In this document: one piece after another, positions 1 through 10,726 of the stretch
How positions within the stretch are numbered: position 1 is the first letter of the stretch
Layout: every line of letters begins with the position of its first letter
From: an uncultured cyanobacterium
GTDB taxonomy: Bacteria > Cyanobacteriota > Cyanobacteriia > Pseudanabaenales > Pseudanabaenaceae
Assembly (NCBI GenBank): GCA_963703315.1
Contig: OY969811.1
Span: forward strand, 1-64,000
Direction: 5' to 3'
DNA: 64,000 bases
The notes under the pieces: generated by a model
What the model was told of the DNA's origin: nothing
The model's input: the letters and a program-made list of their open reading frames with translations, nothing else
Database searches by the model: none
Made by a program: the position numbers and the translations under genes

Positions 1-1098
1 GTGAGCCTCCAAGCTATTACCAACAGCAGTTTTAGCTTCACCACTCTGGGCGATGCTGTCGGTGACAGTTTCATCAGCATCGAAAATCTAGAAGGTTCAC
101 AATTCAATGACATCTTAATAGGAGATAAATATAACAACGTTCTCACTGGATTAGATGGCAATGACTCTCTTGAAGGACTAGATGGAGATGACACTCTCTA
201 TGGTAACAACGGAGATGATTATTTAACTGGAGGGAATGGCGATGATGCTCTCTATGGTGACTCAGGTAGTGACTATTTAGATGGAGGTAATGGCGATGAT
301 TATCTAAGTGGTGGATTTGGCAATGACACCCTATTTGGTGGATTTGGCAATGACTATCTCAATGGTGATGATGGTGATGACTATCTAGACGGTGGTTTGG
401 GGGATGATCTTCTCAATGGCGATAATGGGAATGACATTCTCAATGGCGGCGATGGTGACGACATTCTCAATGGCGGTACTGGTGACGACGTTCTCAATGG
501 TGGTACTGGTAACAATGAGCTATATGGCGAGGATGGTAACGACATTCTCACCGCAGGAACAGGGGCTGACACCTTAGATGGCGGTACTGGTGACGATCAA
601 CTCTCCGCAGGAACAGGGGCTGACAACCTATTTGGCGGCATTGGCAACGACTCTCTTTGGGGAGAAGCAGGCAACGATCGCCTAGATGGTGGTGATGGCA
701 ATGACAGTCTCTGGGGCGGTGCAGGAAATGACTATCTGACAGGTCAATCAGGAAATGATTTACTTGTTGGTGGTGATGGTAATGACAGCCTATTAGGTGG
801 CAATGGCGATGACATCCTCTTCGGTGGACTGGGCAATGACACTCTTTGGGGTGGTCAAGGTCGCGATATATTTGCGATTGCCTTAGGTAGTGGTGCAGAT
901 ATCATCAAAGACTTTGCGATCGCTCAAGACTCCTTCGGCTTAACGGCTGGACTGGACTTTAGTCAATTGACGATTAAGCAAGGTACTGGCAGTCAAAAGA
1001 AAGATACTTTGATTAGTCTCACCAATGGTGAATTGCTGGCTACCTTAACAGGCATTCAGGCTAATTCTTTAGGAGTCTCCAACTTTAAATCTCTATAG
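1..1098 (+). CDS. RTX/hemolysin-type calcium-binding repeat protein (probably 5'-truncated by window edge)
   Basis: Many GGxGxDxLx nonapeptide repeats; C-terminal 'GADIIKDF...LLATLTGI' tail typical of type I secreted RTX proteins; ORF open at position 1. Confidence 0.9.
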   Translation: MSLQAITNSSFSFTTLGDAVGDSFISIENLEGSQFNDILIGDKYNNVLTGLDGNDSLEGLDGDDTLYGNNGDDYLTGGNGDDALYGDSGSDYLDGGNGDDYLSGGFGNDTLFGGFGNDYLNGDDGDDYLDGGLGDDLLNGDNGNDILNGGDGDDILNGGTGDDVLNGGTGNNELYGEDGNDILTAGTGADTLDGGTGDDQLSAGTGADNLFGGIGNDSLWGEAGNDRLDGGDGNDSLWGGAGNDYLTGQSGNDLLVGGDGNDSLLGGNGDDILFGGLGNDTLWGGQGRDIFAIALGSGADIIKDFAIAQDSFGLTAGLDFSQLTIKQGTGSQKKDTLISLTNGELLATLTGIQANSLGVSNFKSL

Positions 1099-1120
1099 AT
1101 TCTGTCTTGAATGGGCGAAG

Positions 1121-1235
1121 TATAGTCATAGCCAAGCAAGTTAAGATATAAAACCCAAAAGAGAGGGGTGGCGCGAAGCGCCGCCCCTCTCTTTTGGGTT
1201 TTGGTTTTGTCCTAACATAACTGACTACAGCTATA
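1121..1235. mobile_element. MITE-like element, family A (TATAG...CTATA ends, central long hairpin with GCGAAGC loop)
   Basis: Ends TATAG/CTATA; hairpin ~1150-1202; right flank is a near-exact reverse complement of 12793-12825. Confidence 0.7.
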
Positions 1236-1275
1236 ATATCAAATCTCCAAATAGCAACGCTATTTGGAGATTATT

Positions 1276-2634
1276 CTAAGCAATAGTTCCAGCAGCGATC
1301 GCCTGACTATCAATCACATTAGTAACATCGATTAATTCGGCTTCAAAACTAACTTGGGCGCGATTGGTTTTACCACCGACATAGAGGCGATCGCCTACTT
1401 GTAAAGCCCAGACCTGTGAATGACTGATATAACTCATCACTACGCCCAACATCAATAATCCAAAGCCCGTATACACAATCGGAATCCCAGGGTCAGCTTT
1501 GATTTGTAAACCAGTACTACCGATCGCTTCTTTTAAGGTAAAAGTGACCCCATTCACTTCGGCGCTCCCATTGGTGCGAACAGTAGTGAGTAAGTTCCCT
1601 TTCTCGTCATAAATTAGGAATGTTCCTTGCAAATCGGGCGTAATCAGGGTCACCCCTGCACTAAGATCGGGCTTCGTGGGAATCCATGTTCCCCAAACTT
1701 GACGACCACCATTTTGGGACTCTAGCTTATTGACTGGCAATTGGAGAACAGGGCTATTATTGAGGGTGAATTTGATCGCATGAATATCCCAGTTCGCTTG
1801 ATAGAAGCTGACACCTTTGTATTTAAGCGGTTTGTTCACATGAATGGTTTGGCGATCGACTTCCTTCCCATCTTGATTAAGAACTGACAAATCTGAATAG
1901 AACTGATCAATCCGTCCTTGAGGAGTGTAATCAATCCAAAAGCGATTGACGCGCACTGACCAGTCTTTAGGAACTTGATTGGCTGACCATGCTCCAGCTT
2001 CCGTAATATTCTTAATCCGAAAAGTATCACCACTGGGAATCATTTCCTGTGCAATAAAGCCAGTCATCGAACCCCAAATCGAGCCAATTAGCACCAATAA
2101 CATACTGGCATGGACAATAATCGGACCAACTCTACCCACTAGTCCTTTACGTGCATAAAGGCGATCGTCGGCTTGGTAAACCTTATAATTTTTGCTTTGG
2201 AGAGACTGCGCTAGCTGCGTGAGATTACCACCAATAATTTCCGTCGCGAGGGGCAACTTGTTAAAACTTTGCGGCTTAGTGTAGTAAAACCAACGTTTGG
2301 AAGCTTTGAGAATTGGTAATTGGCGATTAAAAGTACAAGCAGTGAGACTCGTACCAAACAAAATTAAGAGCGTAAGAAACCACCAACTACCGTAAACACG
2401 TTCTAATCCGATCACCAAAATCACTTTGTACGACAAGAAACCAAACAGGGCAGGATGTTCAGGATAGTTTTCGCGATAAAAATCAAGGGTCTGTCCCTGC
2501 TCGATCACTGTGCCGAGGATACTAAACAGGGCGATTAGTAATAAAAGGGCGATCGCTACCTTGAGATTGGCAAGGACTGCTACTACCTGATGCCGCCAAA
2601 TTTGGTTTGCTTGAAATCGGATATTTTGAAACAC
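1276..2634 (-). CDS. ccsB: Cytochrome c biogenesis protein CcsB/Ccs1 (ResB family)
   Basis: 'SILGTVIEQ', 'SWWF...SLTACT', 'GPIIVH', C-terminal '[11 protein letters not shown]' motifs. Confidence 0.93.
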   Translation of the reverse strand: MFQNIRFQANQIWRHQVVAVLANLKVAIALLLLIALFSILGTVIEQGQTLDFYRENYPEHPALFGFLSYKVILVIGLERVYGSWWFLTLLILFGTSLTACTFNRQLPILKASKRWFYYTKPQSFNKLPLATEIIGGNLTQLAQSLQSKNYKVYQADDRLYARKGLVGRVGPIIVHASMLLVLIGSIWGSMTGFIAQEMIPSGDTFRIKNITEAGAWSANQVPKDWSVRVNRFWIDYTPQGRIDQFYSDLSVLNQDGKEVDRQTIHVNKPLKYKGVSFYQANWDIHAIKFTLNNSPVLQLPVNKLESQNGGRQVWGTWIPTKPDLSAGVTLITPDLQGTFLIYDEKGNLLTTVRTNGSAEVNGVTFTLKEAIGSTGLQIKADPGIPIVYTGFGLLMLGVVMSYISHSQVWALQVGDRLYVGGKTNRAQVSFEAELIDVTNVIDSQAIAAGTIA

Positions 2635-2829
2635 GTCACATCTATGATTACTACTTCTAGCCTAGATCTTAGCTCATAGAGGTTTTGAATTTGTCTACCA
2701 TCTTGTTAACAGAAGCGAGTGACGGTGCAAAGCGCCGCCACTCGCTTTTGGTTTTGTGATGTGGGGGCAAAATATTGGTCGTATGATAGCTTTTTTATAG
2801 CGATCGCCTCATCCAATTACGATTAATCT

Positions 2830-3741
2830 ATGAAATCAGTAATATCATCGATTTTTAAAATATCCATTAGGGTTCTGGGATTTAATAAAGAACCAGATTT
2901 TTTTTGGCGCGGCTTTGCCGCGCCAAAAAAAATTGGTTCTTTATATTACTTTGCGTCCCTTATTGCTTTATTGGGAGGAGCAACTTCTCTAGAGCTGTTC
3001 TCACAAAATCAAAGGGCGATCGCCTCAGAAAATAAATCATCAATTACCCCAGAAATAAATACTCTCGATAAGATTCAAAAACGGGGCAAGCTGCTGATTG
3101 GGGTCAAGGAGAATTTGTTGCCTTTAGGATTTCGCGATCGCCTCGGTAACTTAGCGGGTTTAGAAATTGATATTGCCCGTGAGTTAGCCAAGGAGTTAAA
3201 TTTTCAAGTTGAATTAGTACCATTAAAAAATCGCGATCGCCTCACCGCATTACAAAATCATCAAGTGGATTTAGCGATCGCCCAAATTACAGTGACGAAT
3301 AATCGTTCACGCTTAGTTGATTTCTCTCTGCCCTATTACACCGACAGCACCATTGCGATCTCTAAGCGGGGAATCACCTCTCAAGATCTCCGTCAACCTG
3401 TCGCCATTGGTGTTCTCAAAAATTCCGCCGCGATCGCCGTGATCCAATCACGATTTCCTAAGGCGGCGATCATTGGTGCAAGTTCCTATACAGATGGTTT
3501 AGCTGCTTTACAGTCTGGCAAAGTTCAAGCCTTTGTGGGCGATCGCACCAGTCTCGCACAATGGCTAATCGATCATCCTGATTATGAAATCATAGGACAA
3601 CCGCTTGCAGTCCATAGTTTAGCGATCGCCTTACCGCGTGGCTTGCAACATTTAGATCTACGTGATCGGGTATTTGATGTCGTGGAGAAATGGCGCAAAA
3701 ATGGCTGGTTACAGGAACGGGCAAAATATTGGAACTTATAA
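2830..3741 (+). CDS. Polar amino-acid ABC transporter substrate-binding protein (family 3)
   Basis: 'IQKRGKLLIGV', 'GLEIDIARELA', 'ITVTNNRSRLVDFSLPYY'; start uncertain because a palindrome lies in the 5' end. Confidence 0.85.
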   Translation: MKSVISSIFKISIRVLGFNKEPDFFWRGFAAPKKIGSLYYFASLIALLGGATSLELFSQNQRAIASENKSSITPEINTLDKIQKRGKLLIGVKENLLPLGFRDRLGNLAGLEIDIARELAKELNFQVELVPLKNRDRLTALQNHQVDLAIAQITVTNNRSRLVDFSLPYYTDSTIAISKRGITSQDLRQPVAIGVLKNSAAIAVIQSRFPKAAIIGASSYTDGLAALQSGKVQAFVGDRTSLAQWLIDHPDYEIIGQPLAVHSLAIALPRGLQHLDLRDRVFDVVEKWRKNGWLQERAKYWNL

Positions 3742-3772
3742 AAAAAGAGAGCGCTTAGCGCTCTCTTTTTTA
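3739..3772. terminator. Bidirectional terminator-like hairpin between convergent genes
   Basis: TAAAAAAAGAGAGCGC-TTA-GCGCTCTCTTTTTTA with A/T tracts on both sides. Confidence 0.7.
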
Positions 3773-3782
3773 GTTTTTGGGT

Positions 3783-4673
3783 TTAGTTGCGATCGCCTGT
3801 ATAGCCAGACTCATTCGCTAATTCATCTAGACTCCGCTCACCAGAAAGCATCTTGCCATTGATCTCCCAAGTGGGAAATCCCTTAATTCCTTTTTGTTGA
3901 CATAGTGCAGGTTGCGGATTTTCTCCTTTAGCATCACACTCCACATAAGGGATTAATTTCGCAGCTTCACCAAATTTTTTCTTTTGGTCAATGCAATGCG
4001 GACACCAATATGCACCGTACATCTTGGCATTAGTTACCGTCAAATGTTGAGCTAAGCGTCCTGCAAAGGAGTTACTCTGTGCCGCCAGTTTACCTTGGCT
4101 CGCATAAACGCCGAGAGTGCCTGTTAATGTGACAATCGCCACGATCGCCCCTGTAAAAAATAGATTGCCAATATCTTTCCATGCATTACCAAATACTGTA
4201 AGCAGCCAAATTGTGGTCATGGTGACGGCTGAGGCAATGCAATAGAGGCAGACCTGAGGCTGTCCACCAATACTACCTGAGGCTAGCAAATACATCAGGT
4301 ATCCACTAAATACAAAAGTTGCCGAAGAAACCATAAACATCAAGAAGTTTGCAGTTTCCTTGAGTTGGGCTTGAGCTTTGGGATCATCTTTCTTTAATAC
4401 CAAGGGCAATCCTGCCAAGAGTCCGAGCGTGAGATAGCCCAAAGCCCCAAAAATTGTCAGCGGAATCCCAAAGATTTTGGCGTATTCACTACTCAGTACT
4501 AAATCGCAGCCACTGCCTTGGACATCACAAAGGGCGACTTTCTGTCCAAAAAAATGAGTGACGGTCAAATAAGTTGTTAGAGAAAAGCCAAATAGGGTCA
4601 AAGCGACGATCGCAGGGCGCGACCACCGATGCAACCAAGGCTCAGAGCGTTTTCTTGTAGCTATTCCTGACAA
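3783..4673 (-). CDS. VKOR-thioredoxin fusion (DsbAB-like disulfide formation protein)
   Basis: 'C..VLSSEYAKIFGIP', membrane CLYC, C-terminal Trx 'YGAYWCPHC...GFPTW'. Confidence 0.92.
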   Translation of the reverse strand: MSGIATRKRSEPWLHRWSRPAIVALTLFGFSLTTYLTVTHFFGQKVALCDVQGSGCDLVLSSEYAKIFGIPLTIFGALGYLTLGLLAGLPLVLKKDDPKAQAQLKETANFLMFMVSSATFVFSGYLMYLLASGSIGGQPQVCLYCIASAVTMTTIWLLTVFGNAWKDIGNLFFTGAIVAIVTLTGTLGVYASQGKLAAQSNSFAGRLAQHLTVTNAKMYGAYWCPHCIDQKKKFGEAAKLIPYVECDAKGENPQPALCQQKGIKGFPTWEINGKMLSGERSLDELANESGYTGDRN

Positions 4674-4734
4674 TTTGTACCTACCTAATTAATAGATTTA
4701 AAACCAGAGATGCATAACACCTTTAGTTTTTATT

Positions 4735-5601
4735 TTATCCAATCGATACTGGCGGCGATCGCAATATTTGCTCTTCAGCAATATGCTTATTTTTTTGGTT
4801 GACAATCTCTAACCGCACCGCATCGACAAAACGGCTAACCCTTATCGGATCGATCGCCTGTTGAATCTGACCATTACGCTTGAGGGAGCTAGAGACAATT
4901 ACGCCGTCAGCATATTCCATCAACTGCGGTACGTTCTCCCATGTCGCACCAGAGCCAACAAATAGAGGTGTATTACCACAGGCAAGTTTTGCTTCCTTGA
5001 GATCTTCCGATGTGGGCGGATGCCCTGTCGCCCATCCTGACAAAATTACGGCATCGGCGAGTCCGCGATGGATCGTATCGTGAACGGCGGCAGAAATTTG
5101 CGGCACTGATATCGGTTGAGCGTGCTTCACTAAAACATCAGCAAAGATTTTTACCTCTGAGCCTAGCTCGCGGCGATAGCGTAGAAGTTTGTAAGCATCT
5201 CCTTCGATAATGCCTTGATCGGTTGCCATGACACCCATCAGCACATTGACACGAATAAACTGAGCGCCCACACAGGAGGCGATCGCCATTGCACTATGAC
5301 CATCATTTCTGAGGACATTAATCCCTACAGGAATGCCGACCATCTGCTTGACACGATGGACAACCAGACTCATAGCACTAACTACGGCAGGATCAACGCG
5401 ATCCTTGGTAAATGGAGCATCAAAAAAATTTTCTACAATAATTCCCTGCACTCCACCTGCGGCAAGTGCGGTTGCTTCCTGTTCTGCTCGATTGATCACC
5501 TCTTTGAGGCTGCTCCCCCAACGTGGCGAAGTAGGCAATGGCAAAAGATGGATCACCCCAATGACGGGCTTGGCTGTATCAAATAAACTATTTAAATCCA
5601 C
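4735..5601 (-). CDS. btpA: Photosystem I biogenesis protein BtpA
   Basis: 'VIHLLPLPTSPRW', 'VENFFDAPF', 'GINVLRND', 'DVLVKHA'. Confidence 0.93.
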   Translation of the reverse strand: MDLNSLFDTAKPVIGVIHLLPLPTSPRWGSSLKEVINRAEQEATALAAGGVQGIIVENFFDAPFTKDRVDPAVVSAMSLVVHRVKQMVGIPVGINVLRNDGHSAMAIASCVGAQFIRVNVLMGVMATDQGIIEGDAYKLLRYRRELGSEVKIFADVLVKHAQPISVPQISAAVHDTIHRGLADAVILSGWATGHPPTSEDLKEAKLACGNTPLFVGSGATWENVPQLMEYADGVIVSSSLKRNGQIQQAIDPIRVSRFVDAVRLEIVNQKNKHIAEEQILRSPPVSIG

Positions 5602-5742
5602 ATGCGTGACGTTTATAAAAATTTGGGTAAAAAGCTTAGTTACAAGCTTCTCATTTAACTGGATTATGAACGCATAATTTTATCGCGAATTCGATCCCCT
5701 AATTTCAATTTTTCGCGATCGCCCCCTAAAGCTTAATTAAAT

Positions 5743-5817
5743 GTAGGATGCGTTAGTGCAACGTAACGCATCAATTGCTTAAAGATGATGGGTTACGCGA
5801 TCGCTAACCCATCCTAC
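5743..5817. repeat. GTAG-type REP doublet (REPIN-like)
   Basis: GTAGGATGCGTTA..TAACGCATC and inverted GATGGGTTA..TAACCCATCCTAC. Confidence 0.7.
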
Positions 5818-5841
5818 GTTTAATTCCAATAACTTACTTAG

Positions 5842-7143
5842 TTGCTACTATCTTTTAAGATAGTTTGCATAACTATGGCAAATATCTCTGAAAATATGGC
5901 AAGTATTCCCCCAGAAACCAATATTTCTACAGATATTTTAATTTTATCCAATGGACCTGGGGAGCTAACTACTTGGGTATATCCCTTTCTTAAGGCTTTA
6001 GCCACATATCCAGCGATCGCCAGCGTCCGTATTTCGATCGCCCTCTCCCCTTGTCAAAATGCCAGTGGACGCGAAGCCCAGCTAGCCGCCAGCTTTCCCA
6101 ATGTTGATCGCGTATTACCCAAAGAACAATTTTTTGATTTTTTACTGTGGGGCAGAACTCCCAACTGGCAATGGGCGAAACAGGGGATCGTGGTTTTTTT
6201 AGGTGGGGATCAGTTTTTTGCGGTGGCGATCGCCAAACGACTCGGTTACAAAACCATGATTTACGCGGAATGGGAAGCCAGATGGTATCAATGGGTCGAT
6301 TTATTTGCTGTCCGCAATCAAAATATTGTTAATAAAATCCCCGCTAAGTTTCGCCATAAAGCTACAGCGATCGGTGATTTGATGGTGGATCGTTTGAGTC
6401 AGGATGCTCAAAATGAAGTTTTAGAGACACCTAATCGCATTTGTTTGATGCTGGGATCGAAAGGCGTGAAACTCCAAATTGCCGTGCCGCTAATGCTGGC
6501 AGTTGCCGATATTCTCAAACAAAAGCGACCTGAACTCGAATTTGTCACTCCCCTTGCGCCAACGACTACGCCCGAAACCCTAGCCCAATACGCACAGTCC
6601 AGTTTTCCTACTGCTGATAGTGAAGGCTCAACGGCAATTTTGGTAAATGGAAATTTGTTAACCAGCCGAGGTACGGTCGTAAAGATTCATCATGAATTTC
6701 CTGCCCATGACTTACTCAGCAGTAGTCAAATTTGCCTTACCACTGTTGGCGCAAATACGGCGGAGTTGGCATCGTTGCATCAGCCCATGATGATTCTCTT
6801 GCCAACCAATTTTATGGATCTCAAAGTGGCGTGGGATGGTTTGCTGGGGCTATTGGCGACTACGCCCTTATTAGACAAAGTTTTCTCGAAATTAATCAAC
6901 TATATGTTGATTTCCCAAATCCAGAAAAAAGGTCAATTACTCGCTTGGCCAAATATCTGGGCTGGAGAAGCGATTGTGCCAGAGCTTTTAGGTGTACTTA
7001 CGCCCACTCAAATTGCCAATGAAATTTTGTTTTATCTCGATCGCCCTGATGAATTAATAAAAATGCGCGATCGGCTCAAAAAAGTATGTGGAGAAGCAGG
7101 TGCAGCGAGTAAACTCGCGGCAATGGTCATAAATGCCCTATAA
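5842..7143 (+). CDS. Lipid-A-disaccharide synthase (LpxB)-related glycosyltransferase
   Basis: 'DILILSNGPGE', 'FLGGDQ', 'TTVGANTAELA', 'LAWPNIWAGEAIVPEL'; start may be a downstream ATG. Confidence 0.75.
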   Translation: MLLSFKIVCITMANISENMASIPPETNISTDILILSNGPGELTTWVYPFLKALATYPAIASVRISIALSPCQNASGREAQLAASFPNVDRVLPKEQFFDFLLWGRTPNWQWAKQGIVVFLGGDQFFAVAIAKRLGYKTMIYAEWEARWYQWVDLFAVRNQNIVNKIPAKFRHKATAIGDLMVDRLSQDAQNEVLETPNRICLMLGSKGVKLQIAVPLMLAVADILKQKRPELEFVTPLAPTTTPETLAQYAQSSFPTADSEGSTAILVNGNLLTSRGTVVKIHHEFPAHDLLSSSQICLTTVGANTAELASLHQPMMILLPTNFMDLKVAWDGLLGLLATTPLLDKVFSKLINYMLISQIQKKGQLLAWPNIWAGEAIVPELLGVLTPTQIANEILFYLDRPDELIKMRDRLKKVCGEAGAASKLAAMVINAL

Positions 7144-7174
7144 AAGCCGCGCAAAGTGCGGCTTTTATAGGGTT

Positions 7175-7825
7175 TTAAACTGCAACAGCAGGATAGCAAA
7201 CGTTTGTGCCGCCCAAACCGCAATAGCCATTAGGGTTCTTAGCGAGATATTGCTGATGGTAGCCCTCAGCATAGTAAAACTCACCAACATCACGAATTTC
7301 TGTGGTAATGCCTTGTTTCATGCCTGAAGCCTTGAGTGCATCCTGATACACTTCTCGTGAATCCTCAGCTAGCTTGCGTTGGACATCGTTGTACACATAG
7401 ATCCCCGAACGGTATTGTGTACCCTTATCATTACCCTGTTGCATCCCTTGGGTAGGATTATGGGATTCCCAAAAGACCTTCAGTAAATCTGCATAGCTAA
7501 TCAACTTGGGATCATAGACAACTAATACAACCTCATTGTGTCCTGTCATGCCTGAACAGACTTCTTCATAGGTGGGGTTAGGTGTTAAACCTGCGGCATA
7601 ACCTACTGCCGTCACATAAACACCTTTCTGTTGCCAAAACTTACGTTCTGCTCCCCAAAAGCAACCTAAACCAAAGACCGCCGTTTCCGTGCTTTCAGGA
7701 AAAGGTGGTTTCAAAGCATGACCATTGACAAAATGGTGGGATGCTGTGGGAATTGCCGAACTTCTTCCTGCTAGGGCATCTGCCGCAGTGGGGAGGGTTA
7801 ATTTTTTGCCAAGTCCAAATAACAT
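7175..7825 (-). CDS. msrA: Peptide methionine sulfoxide reductase A
   Basis: GCFWG active site, '[12 protein letters not shown]', 'AEGYHQQYL'; start placed at MLFGLGKK. Confidence 0.95.
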   Translation of the reverse strand: MLFGLGKKLTLPTAADALAGRSSAIPTASHHFVNGHALKPPFPESTETAVFGLGCFWGAERKFWQQKGVYVTAVGYAAGLTPNPTYEEVCSGMTGHNEVVLVVYDPKLISYADLLKVFWESHNPTQGMQQGNDKGTQYRSGIYVYNDVQRKLAEDSREVYQDALKASGMKQGITTEIRDVGEFYYAEGYHQQYLAKNPNGYCGLGGTNVCYPAVAV

Positions 7826-7988
7826 GATGCTCACTCGAAAACTGTTTTTATAAGTACGAGAGTTACACCCCAAAAGGATGTACCCACTAAATATGCAGCG
7901 CAAAGCTCTGCATTATTCACTATGCATTTATCTCAAAAAATTAGGGGCTGTAACCCCTGAATTTATTTATCATTCATTAATTGAGTGA

Positions 7989-8285
7989 TTACAGAGTCTG
8001 ACCGCTAAACGCAGCAAAGAGGTCAAGCTTAAAATCCAGTGAATCATCATAAATAGTTAAACTTTCAGGCTTGCAGCGCTTAACCATAACTGCTAAACCT
8101 TTGGAACCTTCGGCTTCTAAATCTTCGATATAACCGACCTTAGCTGCCTCTGCTTCAGACTCACTGGCAAAAGGTCCAAAGTAATAGGTGCATCTTGGTG
8201 AATCGGTAATAATTTCGATCCATACTGCCAAACCGACTGTTTCGAGAAGTGATGTAAAGATATTCTTAAACAAATTACCACCCAT
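7989..8285 (-). CDS. DUF1816 family protein
   Basis: 'WIEIITDSPRCTYYFGPF...GYIEDLEAEG...KRCKPESLTI'. Confidence 0.85.
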   Translation of the reverse strand: MGGNLFKNIFTSLLETVGLAVWIEIITDSPRCTYYFGPFASESEAEAAKVGYIEDLEAEGSKGLAVMVKRCKPESLTIYDDSLDFKLDLFAAFSGQTL

Positions 8286-8435
8286 GATTTTACGTAACTT
8301 ATAGTGAATGGTTTCGATGAGTTAGAAAGACTTCGATTCAAGGCTTTTCTGATATCTTTAATGTAACTTAAAAAATAGTAAAGCCCTGTATCTATATCTT
8401 TTCTTCCATATCTTTATATAACTTAAAACATGACT

Positions 8436-9962
8436 TCAAGACAAATTGTTCAGGTTTAACGTATTGACCCAACGTTGTCTAAAGATCTCGTATAGAGCCA
8501 TTCCTGTTGCTACGGATGCATTTAAACTTTCCACTTTTCCTTCTAAAGGAATAGAAACGAGAAAATCACAATTCTTCTGAATGGAAAGGCTCAAACCTTC
8601 TCCCTCTGCACCAATCACTAGAGCGATCGCCCCAGAGAATTTGGTTTTATGGATAGCATTACCTGAATCGGTCATGGTTCCATAAACCCAGAAGCCAGCT
8701 TCTTTAATCTTTTCAAGAGCGCGGTTGAGATTGACAACGCGGGCAACGGGAAGGATTTCCAATGTACCTGCGGCAACTTTCGCGACGGTGGCAGTGATAC
8801 CTGCGGCACGACGTTGAGGAATCACAAGGGCTTGCGCTCCGAGAGCCGCCGCACTACGAATGATTGCACCTAAATTATGGGGATCAGTAATTCCATCAGC
8901 AATCACAATGACGGGCTGAGTGGATTTCTCCTTAGCACTGGCAATTAATTCATCAAGATCGACATATTCGTAAGCAGAAACTTGAACGGCAATGCCTTGG
9001 TGTCTGCCATTGTCAGTAATGCGATCCAGACGAGTATTATCGACTTCATCAACGACGGCTCCTGCTGCCTTGGCTTCATCAATTAGGGGTAAGAAGTCAG
9101 GGGCGTAGCGCAATCTGGCAGTTACCCAAACACGGTTAATGCTGCGATCGCTATTCAGTACTGCTTCAACGGCATGGCGACCATAGACGATATCAGGATT
9201 TTCAGGATTATGCACGGGAGGCGCAATTCCTAATTCACCATCGGGATCAACATTACGCGAGACTGGTGGTAAGGAGCGACGCTCGAAGTTGGGAACTTCA
9301 CGCTCTCCGAAATTGCGATCGCCGAAATTACGATCACCAAAGCTGCGATCGCGATCAAATTTGCGATCACCAAAATTCCGTTCAGGACGATCCCCGAAAT
9401 TACGATCCCCACGATCAGAACGTTCAGGGCGATCGCTACGTTCAAACTTTTTGTCGCCAAATTTTTTATCGCCGAACTTCTTGTCACCAAACTTCTTGTC
9501 ACCAAACTTTTTATCACCAAATTTCTTCTCAGCGAATTTGTCACCGATTCTCTTGGCGATCGGCTTATCAAACTTGCGATCGCCTCTGTCGCTAGACGAG
9601 TCAGCGCGATTCTCATAACTCTTGTCAGGACGACGATCTGAGTATTTGTCGGATTTACCTGCATATTTTGAGTCAGAGCCACGATCAGAACGCTTGTCAA
9701 AACTGCGATCTGAAGATTTGTAAGGCTTCTCAGACTTGTAAGGTTTGTCAAAGGAACGGTCAGCAACTCTCTCTGGACGGCTATCAGAACGATTGTCAGA
9801 GCGCTTATCAGCATATTTACCAGTGCTGTGATCAGAGCGCTTATCAGCACGTTTATCTGAATATTTATCGAAGGACTTGTCGGAGCGTTTCTCGTAGCTC
9901 CTGTCTCCGTCTCTGTCGGAATTTTTGTCGGATTTAGATTTCAGTCTAGGTTGCGTTGTCAT
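8436..9962 (-). CDS. rlmB: 23S rRNA G2251 2'-O-methyltransferase RlmB with long low-complexity N-terminal extension
   Basis: SPOUT motifs 'DPHNLGAIIRSA', 'GAEGEGL', 'ESLNASVA'; ~250 aa D/K/R/S-rich N-terminus. Confidence 0.92.
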   Translation of the reverse strand: MTTQPRLKSKSDKNSDRDGDRSYEKRSDKSFDKYSDKRADKRSDHSTGKYADKRSDNRSDSRPERVADRSFDKPYKSEKPYKSSDRSFDKRSDRGSDSKYAGKSDKYSDRRPDKSYENRADSSSDRGDRKFDKPIAKRIGDKFAEKKFGDKKFGDKKFGDKKFGDKKFGDKKFERSDRPERSDRGDRNFGDRPERNFGDRKFDRDRSFGDRNFGDRNFGEREVPNFERRSLPPVSRNVDPDGELGIAPPVHNPENPDIVYGRHAVEAVLNSDRSINRVWVTARLRYAPDFLPLIDEAKAAGAVVDEVDNTRLDRITDNGRHQGIAVQVSAYEYVDLDELIASAKEKSTQPVIVIADGITDPHNLGAIIRSAAALGAQALVIPQRRAAGITATVAKVAAGTLEILPVARVVNLNRALEKIKEAGFWVYGTMTDSGNAIHKTKFSGAIALVIGAEGEGLSLSIQKNCDFLVSIPLEGKVESLNASVATGMALYEIFRQRWVNTLNLNNLS

Positions 9963-10354
9963 GGCGGCGCTGGGTTATCGATGTGGCTAAGTAGCTGAGT
10001 GAAAATTTGGTCAAGGCGATCACGATCGGTTAGATAAAGATAACCAATCAAAGCCTCAAATCCTGTTGCCTTTTGGTAAATCTTGGGATCAACTTTACGT
10101 GGGACAGATCCTGTAGCATTGCGTCCGCGTCTGACCAGATCGGACTCAAAATCTGTGAGATCAAGTTTTTCGAGAAGTCTGGCTTGTTGCTCGGCTCTAA
10201 CTTGGCTGACTACAAGTTGGTGATACTGTTTGGCGGTGCGTGGCGGGAGTAAATAATGCAACCGCATTTGCATTTCATAAACAGCATCTCCAATATAGGC
10301 TAGAGACGAGATTGGGATCTCAGCGATGTTTTCAACTATGGGGCTAAGAGACAT
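9959..10354 (-). CDS. mrnC: Mini-ribonuclease III
   Basis: 'LAYIGDAVYE', 'RRGRNA', 'ATGFEALIGYLYL'; overlaps rlmB start. Confidence 0.93.
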   Translation of the reverse strand: MSLSPIVENIAEIPISSLAYIGDAVYEMQMRLHYLLPPRTAKQYHQLVVSQVRAEQQARLLEKLDLTDFESDLVRRGRNATGSVPRKVDPKIYQKATGFEALIGYLYLTDRDRLDQIFTQLLSHIDNPAPP

Positions 10355-10726
10355 TACAAAATAATGCCATTACAGAATAATCAGGTTAGTTAATTTGTGT
10401 TTCAACAGAGCGTGTGGATGTCTGACACATTGGCTTTTGTTTCAGACAAGGATGGGCAGACTCAGCCTGCCCATCCTTAGCCTAAAAATTTTGCTCTACA
10501 TTACATCATAGGTTGATTTTGACTAAATCGTGAAAATATCAAAATTATCAACTTGAATACAAACCAAACCTCATTACCAAAGCTACTACAAAGCTCATCT
10601 TTAGAAAATCTACCCCACTTCATCTTTCTAAACGTTTAACATAAAACTTTGCTAAATTTTCGGGTTTGAGTTATGGTTCGGATCTGAATTGGTTTGTGGC
10701 TTATATTACTAGTGTATTGATTTTAG

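Noticed and set aside
9230..9937. Several overlapping ORFs within rlmB (206, 109, 109, 89 aa)
   Set aside because: Shadow frames produced by the repeat-rich coding sequence
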